Assembly: GCA_032128375.1 (NCBI GenBank)
Contig: JAQBGU010000015.1
Span: 1 to 18,652, forward strand
Direction of reading: 5' to 3'
Source: Deltaproteobacteria bacterium
Lineage (GTDB): Bacteria > Myxococcota_A > UBA9160 > SMWR01
Length of the DNA: 18,652 bases
Shown here: positions 1 through 8,501 of the stretch, piece after piece
Layout of the letters: the number at the start of each line of letters is the position of its first letter
Numbering within the stretch: the first letter of the stretch is position 1
Translations under genes and position numbers: made by a program
Notes under the pieces: generated by a model
The model's input: only the letters and a program-made list of their open reading frames with translations
Told to the model about the DNA's origin: nothing
Databases searched by the model: none

Positions 1-132
1 TCCGCCGGGGCAGAGTAATTCGTGAGTTGCCACGCCGTGAAGCGTTTGCCGATCGCTCTCCACCTTCTTGTCGGGAACAGCGTAACATGCCTCGTCGGTC
101 TGAGGCGCAGCCTCGCTAGAAGTAGAACTGCA

Positions 133-702
133 ATGGCGCGAGGAAAACGGCAGGAACTGGTTGAAACGGCTCTGGAGCTGTTCCACCGCGGTGGCTTTCA
201 CGCGACTGGGATCGACCGGATTAGGGCCACGGCCGGTGTCGCAAAAATGACCCTCTACCAACACTTCCGATCCAAGGACGAGCTGATCCTGGCCGCATTG
301 CGCCTACACGACGAGCGTTTCCGCAACGAGTTCATGCGCAGCATCGAGAGGAAATCGGACGATCCCGAACAGCGCATGCTGGCGATATTCGATGTGCTCG
401 CTGAGCTGTTCGGCTCGGGCGAATCGGGTGGCCGTACGTTCATCAACGCCTGTGCGGAGTACGCCGACCCGGATTCTGCCATTCATCGCGCGGCCGCAGG
501 CACAAGCGCATGGTTCTCGACTATGTGTGCGAACTCGCCATGCTGGCCGGTGCCCGAGACGCAGTTTGCCTCGCACGCCACCTGTGCATCCTGTTGGACG
601 GCGTGATCGTAACCGCGCAGGTCTCTGGCAACGCCGATTCTGCGCAACCTGGCACGCCAAGTCGCAGTCTTGATTGTTTGCGAGCAGCTCGGAGGAGGCT
701 GA
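133..702 (+). pseudogene. TetR/AcrR family transcriptional regulator with two compensating frameshifts
   Basis: ATG at 133 gives a TetR HTH (LVETALELFHRGGFHATGIDRIRATAGVAKMTLYQHFRSKDELI). Homology-like sequence shifts frame near 499-500 (IHRAAA / HKRMVLDYVCELAMLAGARDAVCLARHLCILLDGVIVTAQVSGNADSAQ) and returns to the original frame near 648 (LARQVAVLIVCEQLGGG*, TGA 700-702). The repaired length is ~189 aa. Confidence 0.85.
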
Positions 703-804
703 GCACGACGCTGGCCGGGCTTCGCTGCTATGGAGAACTGCACCTATAGACAGCTAGACAGCGACCGCCGGCCGCGTCTGAAACGTCCCGGAACATCCCG
801 CGGG

Positions 805-1449
805 CTAGAACATCGGCGGGCTGTGGAAAGCGAGCGCCTCACCGGTCGTGGGATGTCGAAAGCCGAGGTCGCAGGCGTGCAACTTCATCTGACCGGGGCC
901 CGTACCGCTGCCGTAGAGCGGGTCGCCGACAATCGGGATGCCGAGCCCGCGCAGGTCGGCCGAATGGACGCGCAGCTGGTGGGTCCTGCCGGTGATCGGC
1001 GTGAAGGCGACCCTGGTGAAGCCACCCTCGATACCGAGATTCTCCCAGTGGGTAGTACCCATTTTTCCGTGGATCTCGTCGTAGATTTGCATCGGGCGGT
1101 GATTGATGTCGAGACGAAATGGCAGCTGTATCGTGCCTCGTTCGGCGCGGAGTTTTCCGTCGAGCAGCGCGATGTAGCGCTTGCTCGTCTCGCGCCGCTG
1201 AAACTGTATCGACAAGTTTCGCTGCGATGCCGCGCTGATCGCGATCACGATCAGACCTGAGGTGTCCATGTCGAGTCGATGTACGGCGGGCTGTTCAATG
1301 CAACCCGGATAGAGCTTTCGGACGCGAGCAGTCACGCAGTCGCTCTTCTGTGGCCCGCGCCCGGGCACCGACAAGAAGCCACTCGCCTTGTCGACCACGA
1401 CGAATTCCGGGTCTTCGTGGACGATGTCCAGTGACGACTCAGGGTTCAT
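805..1449 (-). CDS. RluA family pseudouridine synthase (214 aa, no S4 domain)
   Basis: Motifs VVVDKASGFLSVPG, catalytic VHRLDMDTSGL, PITGRTHQLRVH, IVGDPLYG and LHA. ATG at 1449 overlaps the upstream gene's stop by 11 nt. Confidence 0.95.
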   Translation of the reverse strand: MNPESSLDIVHEDPEFVVVDKASGFLSVPGRGPQKSDCVTARVRKLYPGCIEQPAVHRLDMDTSGLIVIAISAASQRNLSIQFQRRETSKRYIALLDGKLRAERGTIQLPFRLDINHRPMQIYDEIHGKMGTTHWENLGIEGGFTRVAFTPITGRTHQLRVHSADLRGLGIPIVGDPLYGSGTGPGQMKLHACDLGFRHPTTGEALAFHSPPMF

Positions 1450-2221
1450 GGTCGAGCCCGCATAGCATGAATCCCAAGATGGGTTGGCAGCGAGTCTGGC
1501 AACAAGGATGGAAGCCGCCGGGCTTTCGCGCACCAGACTTGTTCGTTCCACCCCAATAGAACTCCGCGATCCCGATCGGTGTGAGGCCGTTGCATGCCGC
1601 GTGATTCAGCAGCTTTGGCGCGCAGCACTCGCCGGTTCCGGCGGCGATGCTTCTCGATTGCGGTGGGGGAAGCGCGAACGCGTCTTTCAATGAGCGGGTT
1701 TCGGCGCGAAAATTTTGAAACGAATACAGCGCCTCCATGCCGCGCCAGAGATCTTGCGACAAGTGCTTTCGCTCGAGTGCCAGGCCGGCGGCCTCGGGAG
1801 AGCCGGGAGCCAGCTCCTGCAGTTTGCCGGTAATTTTCTGGATCTCTTCGATGCCGGGCAATACGATGCCGTAGAACGACTCGGGGCTGAGGATAGGAGC
1901 AACCCAGCCGTCGACATCGCGAATGCCGCCACGCAGCGAAGAAAACGCGCGCAACACAACCGTGCGCCCGCGATCATCCCGACACTCGAGGACGCCAAAC
2001 ATGTGCCCCCGCTCGCCGGAAAACAGCTCATCGAAGCCGAGTCGCGGGTCGGCTTGTTCGTCCGCAACGGGGTAGTCGAGGCGCCCGATCTGCTCGAATT
2101 CCCGCATCAGCACGCGCGCATGAGCTTGTGCGTTACCCACCGGCAATCGGTGCGTCGTGTCGCAGTCCCGGCAGTAGCCAAAGCATGGCGCGGTCTCTGC
2201 GGATCGGAAAGAATCGGTCAT
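1439..2221 (-). CDS. Cys-rich protein homologous to the N-terminal cytidine deaminase region of long RluA/TrcP-type proteins (260 aa)
   Basis: Motifs GHMFGVLEC, LRAFSS, GWVAPI, ERKHLSQDL, AGTGECCAPKLLNHA, PIGIAEFYWG and FHPCCQTRCQPILGFMLCGL match, from memory, the N-terminal part of ~550-aa RluA-family/TrcP proteins. Has an extra N-terminal CRDCDTTH. Start chosen at ATG 2221 because the longer ORF overlaps the divergent gene. Confidence 0.8.
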   Translation of the reverse strand: MTDSFRSAETAPCFGYCRDCDTTHRLPVGNAQAHARVLMREFEQIGRLDYPVADEQADPRLGFDELFSGERGHMFGVLECRDDRGRTVVLRAFSSLRGGIRDVDGWVAPILSPESFYGIVLPGIEEIQKITGKLQELAPGSPEAAGLALERKHLSQDLWRGMEALYSFQNFRAETRSLKDAFALPPPQSRSIAAGTGECCAPKLLNHAACNGLTPIGIAEFYWGGTNKSGARKPGGFHPCCQTRCQPILGFMLCGLDHEP

Positions 2222-2309
2222 GGTCTGATCGAATCGTAGGTTATCGCGCCGGCTTGGCTGTGTCGCTGAGGACCCAGCCCTATGCGAAATTCGCCCGAAT
2301 GAGGATGCC

Positions 2310-3471
2310 ATGACCCGACCTACCTTGCGCACGGAACTCTGCGATCGTCTTGGCATCGAGTATCCGGTCATTCTTGCAGGCATGGGCCCCGTCGCGGGGG
2401 TTGGCGCTCCGGTGGCGACGGCCGAACTCGCCGTCTCGAACGCGGGAGGCCTTGGGGTTCTGGGGGGAGTGGCATATTCGGCTGACGCGCTGCGAGCCGA
2501 AATCGAGAAGGTTCGTTCACCTACAGATAAACCATTTGGTGTCGATCTTCTGCTATCTCCGAACTTTCTGGTGCCGCGAAGCCGAACTGGCAGTGGTTCG
2601 GTCGAGCAGGCGCACACGGCCCCCAAACTTCCTTCGGCTCACGTCGCGGCAATACGAAAAATCGCCGACGATCTCCAGATCGAATGGAAGCAGGCGCCAG
2701 CCGCGCCGACCGGTATCGGCAGCTCTTGGGTTCCCGAGGGTCAGAGCTACGCGGGTGCGCAGATGGAGGTGGTGATCGAGCAGGAGGTCCCCGTATTCGC
2801 GTCTGGTCTGGGAACGCCAGCGCCATTTTCGGATGTCTTGAAAAAAACATGGAATCACCATCATTTCGCTGGTTGGGACGGTACGCGCCGCCCGTCAGGT
2901 CGCCGAGGGTGGCGCTGACTTCGTGGTGGCCCAGGGCACGGAAGCCGGTGGTCACACGGGCCGAATTGGAACGCTTGCACTGCTGCCGCAAGTCATGGAT
3001 GCCGTTTCCCCGGTTCCGACGATCGCCGCGGGTGGAATCGCCGGCGGCCGCGCACTCGCCGGTTCCATCGCGATGGGCGCGGTGGGCGGTTGGGTCGGTT
3101 CGGCGTTTCTGGTTTCAGAAGAGGCGAACCAGCCCGAGCTCCAGAAACAACGCATCATCGATGCCGCCGCCATCGTGACGCGGCTGTACTCGGGCAAGAC
3201 GATGCGCAACATCAAGAACCCGCTCATCGAAGCATGGGAGGCTTCGGGTCTTCAAGCGCTTCCGATGGGGATGCAGGGGCTTCTGATCCGCGATCTGCTG
3301 TATTCGATCGAGCAGGCCGGGCGTCGAGATCTGTTGATGAATGCGGCGGGTCAAACGGCAGGCATGCTCAACGAGAAGCGTCCCGCCAAAGCGATTCTCG
3401 AAGAGATGGTGGCGGAGGCTGCGGAAGTGCTGTCGAGCGGCCTCGCCAAACGTGTTGTCGCTTCGGTCTGA
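2310..3471 (+). pseudogene. Nitronate monooxygenase / FabK-like FMN-dependent oxidoreductase, frameshifted
   Basis: Motifs LGIEYPVILAGMG, VSNAGGLGVLG, TDKPFGVDLL, VVAQGTEAGGHTG, IAAGGIAGGR and GWVGSAFL. Removing one A from the A7 run at 2841-2847 joins the two ORFs (LKKHGITIISLVGTVRAARQVAEGGADFVVAQG). Confidence 0.88.
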
Positions 3472-3688
3472 GCGATTGCTGGTTGCTCAGATCGGCTGGG
3501 GGTTCCCTTGTCAGCGGGTCTCGAGCTGGATGGTTCCGTAGTCCCCGGCGAAGGCCCAATCTGAAGGCGGCGGTTCGACGTCACCGCTGAGCCCGCCACC
3601 CGGCAAGACCGCGAAGGGGCCGTTGCCGCGCGGACCGCCGATTCAGACTCACGATGTGCCAGACTGCGGCGTGCTCAGCTCGTTATCC

Positions 3689-4438
3689 GTGATCGAAGAC
3701 CCGTGGTTCTACGCCACTGCAATCGTAGCCGTACTCATCCTGGGAATCGCGAAAGGCGGGTTCGCGGGTGGGGTCGGACTGGTGGCGGTGCCGCTCATGT
3801 CGCTTTCGATCGAGCCCGCGCGCGCAGCTGCGATCTTGCTTCCCATCCTGATGTTGATGGACATGCTGGCGCTGCGTCCCTGGTGGGGCGACTGGGACGT
3901 TCACAACCTGCGCACCATGGCACCGGGCGCGGTGTTGGGAACCGGCATCGGGCTTGCCACGTTCAACCTACTCTCCTCCGATGCGCTGCGTGTGATGGTC
4001 GGGAGCATCGCGCTCGTCTTCTCGCTTCGCTGGTGGTTGGTGCGCGACATCGGCCCCGCGCGCGTGGCCAGCTATGCGCGGGGCACGTTCTGGTCGACGT
4101 TGGCGGGATTTACGAGCTTCAGCCTCCACGCCGGCGGTCCGCCATTGCACATCTACCTGCTGTCACAACGGCTCGACAAGTCGACCTTCCAGGCGACGAC
4201 AGTGGCCTTCTTCTTCGCGGTGAATTGGCTCAAGCTCGGCCCCTACGCTTGGCTGGGACAGCTAGACGGCTCGAACCTTGCCACTTCGCTGCTGCTTCTG
4301 CCGGTTGCGCCCTTCGGTATCATGCTCGGCGCGCGGATGCACCACCGCATCGACGAGAAGATTTTCTTTCGCATCGTCTACGCGTCGCTGGTCGTGCTCG
4401 GGTTGAAGCTGATCCGGGACGGGCTGGCGGCCGGGTAG
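3689..4438 (+). CDS. Sulfite exporter TauE/SafE (TSUP) family membrane protein (249 aa)
   Basis: About 8 hydrophobic segments with GIAKGGFAGGVGLVAVPLM, AAAILLPILMLMD, AGFTSFSLHAGGPP and FFFAVNWLKLGPYAWLG. GTG start at 3689 is inferred. Confidence 0.92.
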   Translation: MIEDPWFYATAIVAVLILGIAKGGFAGGVGLVAVPLMSLSIEPARAAAILLPILMLMDMLALRPWWGDWDVHNLRTMAPGAVLGTGIGLATFNLLSSDALRVMVGSIALVFSLRWWLVRDIGPARVASYARGTFWSTLAGFTSFSLHAGGPPLHIYLLSQRLDKSTFQATTVAFFFAVNWLKLGPYAWLGQLDGSNLATSLLLLPVAPFGIMLGARMHHRIDEKIFFRIVYASLVVLGLKLIRDGLAAG

Positions 4439-4520
4439 CCAGTCGCTCATGCCGAGCCAATGAAGGCCGCAGCCATCTTCTCGTCGCAGCGTCCAGCTGT
4501 GCGGCTCCCGGCCCACCGCG

Positions 4521-7500
4521 TTAGGCGACCGCGGTACCACTCTGTCTCCCCGCGTGGCGACGCCGGTTCAGTCCACCCAGTCCCAGCAACCCAAGGGCGA
4601 GCGTCAGAATCTGGCCAGGTTCTGGAAGCGGCGTCGGATCGCACGGGTCACCCAGGCCATCGGTGTCGGTGTCGAGCTGGTCGTCGTTCGGTACGCCCGG
4701 GCAGTTATCCGGGCCGTCGAGCAGCGAATCGAGGTCGCGGTTGATGCCCATCCGGAACCCTGAGCCGGGCGGCGCCGCCGTGTAGGTGATCTCCTGACCA
4801 GCCGCCCCTGCCATCGCGCGCAGTGCCGCGTCGGTGATGGCCGCGCCACCGTCGTCGGGTTCAAACAGGTCGCTCGACGCATCGTACGCAAAGCCGCGCT
4901 GGCTGCCCCCTTGATCGAGCTTCGCGATCAGGTCGCACTCGTTGACGGCTCCACCGTTGATATCGAACAGGACCTTCGAATCGAAGGCCGTGTCGCAGCG
5001 CGCGAGCATCAAGGAGATGCGCGGCCCAGCTACACCGGAGTTGGTCGCCGTCAGCGTGATCTGCTGGCCGACGATCGGCGCGAGGTCTGAGTCCATCGCG
5101 ATCATGAACGCCTCGACCTGGCTCTGCTCGGTGGGGTTGATGGTGAATAGCGATGCGCTGACGAAGCGGAACAACGTGTCGACCGAGCCATCATGGGTGA
5201 ATCCAAAGCCGCGGACTTGATCGCCCGTCGCCGTGAAGGGCCCGTCGAAGGCGGTCGCGGTTCCAATCAGCGGCAAACGAGTTTCCTGTGGCTGCGATTC
5301 GCCGAACATTCCGATCTTCTGGTACATGCTGCGCAGGTGCGGAACTTTGAAAATCTCTGTGCCCCCATCGAAAGTCGAGCGACCGTCGCCACCGAAGAAA
5401 CCGTTGGACGGGTCGAGCGTATGGCAATCGTTACAACTCGCGACCTGGTCGGTGTTGGGCGCGTCGAAGACCGTCAGTCCCTGCGCCTGGATTGTGGTCA
5501 GCGAGTTGTCGAGGTTGCGAGTCGGATTCGGCGGGTAGCGCAGCTGGAGAGCGAAATCCTTGAATGCGGTCATGTCCGAACCGGTGAGCGGCGAATCCCG
5601 CCCGACGAGCCCGGGAAACGCGCCATTGAACGCAAGGAATGACGAGGTTGCATCGCCTTCTCGGTCGCCCCGCCAGTGCTGAGGGCCTTGCAGGTCCATG
5701 CCTCGCAGACTCTGCGTCGTCATCGGGCCCTTCATCGGGTGGAACGTGCAGCCGTTGCCAAACACGGCCTGCTGGATGAAGCACGAAGTCAGGCCGCCAA
5801 AGAGTTGGGTGAAGGGTTCGTCATTCATCGGGTTGACGTTCGGCTTCTGGTTGTCGTCGGGATTACCGAGGTCCCAGCCAAGGTCGTCCATGTCGCCACC
5901 GACGTGACAGCTGGAGCACGAGGCCTCCCCGTTGCTGCTCGTGAAGTGGGCGTCGTAGAGGAACGGCCGACCGTCGACGACACTCGACGGCTCGGGGTTG
6001 TGAAGTGCGAGCGTCTGGACCTCGAGCTTCGTCCCAGTATCGACGACGGAGATCGAGTTGTTGAAGCGGGTCAGCACGTAGAGGCGCGTGCCCTGTAGGG
6101 CTAGCCCACTCGGTCCCCCCGCCGACAGCGCGATGTGATCGACCGAATTGGGGACGAATGCGTCAGTTTCGAGTGCACCGGTATCGAAGACACCCACCTT
6201 CCCGGAGCCGAACGACGCTACATACAAGGTGTTGCCGTCCGGCGAGACCACCATACCCATCGGATTGGCGAGGCTCTTGTCCTTCACGCCGGCGAGCGCC
6301 GGCAAGATCGAGTAGTCGATATGCTTGTTCAGGTGGCGTGGCACGACGTTGGCGCCGTCGAGCACCGTGACTCGCGACCGGGCCAGATTCCCCTGCACGG
6401 TCGCGGTCTCGCCGACAGGCTTGATCGGACCGGCCAGTGTTCCGGGGCCCTCGAAGCGCACGTGGTTCTGCGAGTCGGTGTTCGAAACGTAGATCTTTCC
6501 GGTAATCGGATTGACGGCCATGTTGAAGATCGATGTCCCGACACCCGCCCAACAACCCGCCCCGTCGCTGCAGCCCGAGCTGCCATCGACGGCCACCGGC
6601 GGGCTTGCATTGGCATTGATCTCGAAGACGTCTTTGTCGGGCAGGTTGAACTTCACCCAGCTGCTCCAGTCGCGACCGAGTTCGTCCTGCCAGGCGTTCG
6701 TCACGCCGTCGCGCTTCCACTTGACGATCATTCCAACCTCGGGGCGATCGATCTCCTGCGGGGTCTGGTTCTGGTGGGGCGGTGGCGTACCGCCGGGGGA
6801 CGTACCGCCGTCGAGCACGCACGACGGCTCGGGCGTGTTGTTGTTCAGCGATGTGGCCCCGGTCAGGCAGATAAAGCCCGAATTCAGCGTCATGGTCTGG
6901 TTGCCCGAGTGAAAAATCGCGGCGTACACCTTGGAGCCGTCTATCGAAGTCGCCAGCGCTCGCGGCTTGTCGCCGAAAACGGTAATGATCGTCAGCTCGT
7001 TGCCCCCGAGCGAGGCGCCCAGGTTCGTTGCGTCAAAAACCCAAATATCGGCGCGCCCAATGCCTTCCTGATCGAATTCGCCGTCGGGATAGGGGCTATT
7101 CTGTCCGCGGTGCGCGGTCGTGATGAAAGCGCGGTTGCCATCGGGCCCGGCGAATACGATGTCACTCGGCTCGTCGCCGACGAGCAGTGTTCGGACGACT
7201 CGTGGAACGCCGCCCGAGACATCGACGACGCTCACGCTGTCGGACAGGAAGTTGACGACCCAGATTTCGTCGTTGTTGCGAGCTGCGACAGCGGTGGGCT
7301 CCATGCCGACCTGAACCGACCCGGCCGGCACGAGATCGCCGCTGGGCTCGATGGCGAAAATTTCGAGGTGATTGTCCGGTGTGTTGATCGCGAACAGCTG
7401 CGAGCCGTCGGGAGAGATCGCGACCGGGCGCCCCTGCAGCGTATCGAAGGTCAGGAATGTGCTCTGAGCGCTGGCGATCGATGCTGCCAACGAGAGTGTG

Positions 7501-7589
7501 AGGCACACCGCAAGTGACGAACACGCGCGCAAAGAGATCTGATCGCGGCGATTCTTCTCGTCGCGGCGGCTTGTTGTGAGGCGCTTCAT
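4521..7589 (-). CDS. Secreted beta-propeller + di-heme cytochrome c (bCcP/MauG-like) protein with TSP3 repeat and PEP-CTERM sorting signal (~1022 aa)
   Basis: Signal peptide ending in ASA|QST. YVTN/YncE-like blades (PVAISPDGSQLFAIN, VGMEPTAVA, VGDEPSDI, PMGMVVSPDGNTLYVA). Heme motifs CSSCH (5904-5918) and CNDCH (5421-5435). TQSLRG/HWRGD/FKVPHLR/THDGS resemble CcP motifs. TSP3-like DNCPGVPNDDQLDTDTDGLGDPCD, then LPEP, a TM helix and RRR. Confidence 0.9.
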   Translation of the reverse strand: MKRLTTSRRDEKNRRDQISLRACSSLAVCLTLSLAASIASAQSTFLTFDTLQGRPVAISPDGSQLFAINTPDNHLEIFAIEPSGDLVPAGSVQVGMEPTAVAARNNDEIWVVNFLSDSVSVVDVSGGVPRVVRTLLVGDEPSDIVFAGPDGNRAFITTAHRGQNSPYPDGEFDQEGIGRADIWVFDATNLGASLGGNELTIITVFGDKPRALATSIDGSKVYAAIFHSGNQTMTLNSGFICLTGATSLNNNTPEPSCVLDGGTSPGGTPPPHQNQTPQEIDRPEVGMIVKWKRDGVTNAWQDELGRDWSSWVKFNLPDKDVFEINANASPPVAVDGSSGCSDGAGCWAGVGTSIFNMAVNPITGKIYVSNTDSQNHVRFEGPGTLAGPIKPVGETATVQGNLARSRVTVLDGANVVPRHLNKHIDYSILPALAGVKDKSLANPMGMVVSPDGNTLYVASFGSGKVGVFDTGALETDAFVPNSVDHIALSAGGPSGLALQGTRLYVLTRFNNSISVVDTGTKLEVQTLALHNPEPSSVVDGRPFLYDAHFTSSNGEASCSSCHVGGDMDDLGWDLGNPDDNQKPNVNPMNDEPFTQLFGGLTSCFIQQAVFGNGCTFHPMKGPMTTQSLRGMDLQGPQHWRGDREGDATSSFLAFNGAFPGLVGRDSPLTGSDMTAFKDFALQLRYPPNPTRNLDNSLTTIQAQGLTVFDAPNTDQVASCNDCHTLDPSNGFFGGDGRSTFDGGTEIFKVPHLRSMYQKIGMFGESQPQETRLPLIGTATAFDGPFTATGDQVRGFGFTHDGSVDTLFRFVSASLFTINPTEQSQVEAFMIAMDSDLAPIVGQQITLTATNSGVAGPRISLMLARCDTAFDSKVLFDINGGAVNECDLIAKLDQGGSQRGFAYDASSDLFEPDDGGAAITDAALRAMAGAAGQEITYTAAPPGSGFRMGINRDLDSLLDGPDNCPGVPNDDQLDTDTDGLGDPCDPTPLPEPGQILTLALGLLGLGGLNRRRHAGRQSGTAVA

Positions 7590-7931
7590 AGAAAATCTTC
7601 CCGGGCGGATACTCGATTCCCAGGCATCGCGCATAGAAGAGTCGGTCTCGTATCGCCACACCGGGAGTTGCGGTCGCACTCTGCGCGGTCCTGTCATGCA
7701 CTGCAATGACCAGCGCTGGCCGAAGTAGTGACCACAATTGGTATGTTGTTGCCTCACTCAGCCGGACCGCGAAAAATCCGATCCGCGTCGGGTCTATCGT
7801 CGACTCCGACCTCTCCGAATTCCCTGCATGCCCCGGTCGTTCATCGACAGCTCTTGGCGACAGGCTCGTCAGGCAGAGTGGCTCGATTGTCGCCGATCTC
7901 GCAGCTCGAATCCGAACCAGCGTCTTGCGGT

Positions 7932-8261
7932 CTAGGGCTTCGACTCGTCGAAGTAGCCCCAAGGAAATTCCGGTTCGATGACCGGCTTGAATCCTTCGGG
8001 TACCGGAAACGGTGACGTCACGAGTTCGAAGGCGCCCACTAGTGTTCGCAGCACCGCGTGGCCCAACCCGAGGGTGAAACCGAGGGCGAAACCCTGAGCG
8101 GCACCGTGAGCCCGCGTCTCCTTGACGATGTTACCGGGGATCTCGAGGAAGCCGCACGTGAGCCCCGCGAGACCCCGACCCGCTTTGCGCGCCGCGGTGT
8201 ATTCCACCGCGCCGGCGACGGCGGGAAGCAGGAACGCGAGGAGTACCGCGACGCCGATCAC
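7932..8261 (-). CDS. Exosortase system-associated protein, TIGR04073-like
   Basis: Signal peptide followed by RKAGRGLAGLTCGFLEIPGNI...GFTLGLGHAVLRTLVGAFELVTSPFP...PVIEPEFPW, the typical pattern of this family. It neighbours a PEP-CTERM gene. The start may lie further upstream. Confidence 0.8.
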   Translation of the reverse strand: MIGVAVLLAFLLPAVAGAVEYTAARKAGRGLAGLTCGFLEIPGNIVKETRAHGAAQGFALGFTLGLGHAVLRTLVGAFELVTSPFPVPEGFKPVIEPEFPWGYFDESKP

Positions 8262-8429
8262 GCGCCTCCAACCGCTGGCCTGCAGGCGCAGCGTCGGCTC
8301 GGGCTTCGATTTCGATGTAGATGAAATGGTAATGACAAACTCCCTTTTTTTGGGCCGTAGAAAACGGCGTGTGACGAATAGGGGCGGCCGGGTCCAACCG
8401 ACTACTTATTCGATTCGATCCGATTTTAC

Positions 8430-8445
8430 TGTGAGCACTGTCACA
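8430..8445. promoter_or_regulatory. CRP/FNR-family binding site TGTGA-N6-TCACA
   Basis: Exact sequence TGTGA GCACTG TCACA in the AT-richer divergent intergenic region. Confidence 0.7.
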
Positions 8446-8501
8446 CCCAGCGTTCCGCGGCTGGACGATCATTGAGATTCCCAACCACGAACAGGCCGAA
8501 T

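Noticed and set aside
2222..2626. N-terminal extension of ORF 1439..2626
   Set aside because: It is antisense to the NMO-like gene and has no protein-like motifs. ATG 2221 is the more plausible start.
6135..7517. 460-aa plus-strand ORF and other long shadow ORFs (e.g. 9605..10948, 9030..9917)
   Set aside because: These are antisense or alternate-frame products of high-GC codon bias over well-supported genes.
7697..7712. Possible sigma54 promoter (TGGTCATTGCAGTGCA, minus strand) upstream of the PEP-CTERM gene
   Set aside because: GG-N10-GC spacing is right, but it matches TGGCACG-N4-TTGC poorly, so it could be chance in GC-rich DNA.
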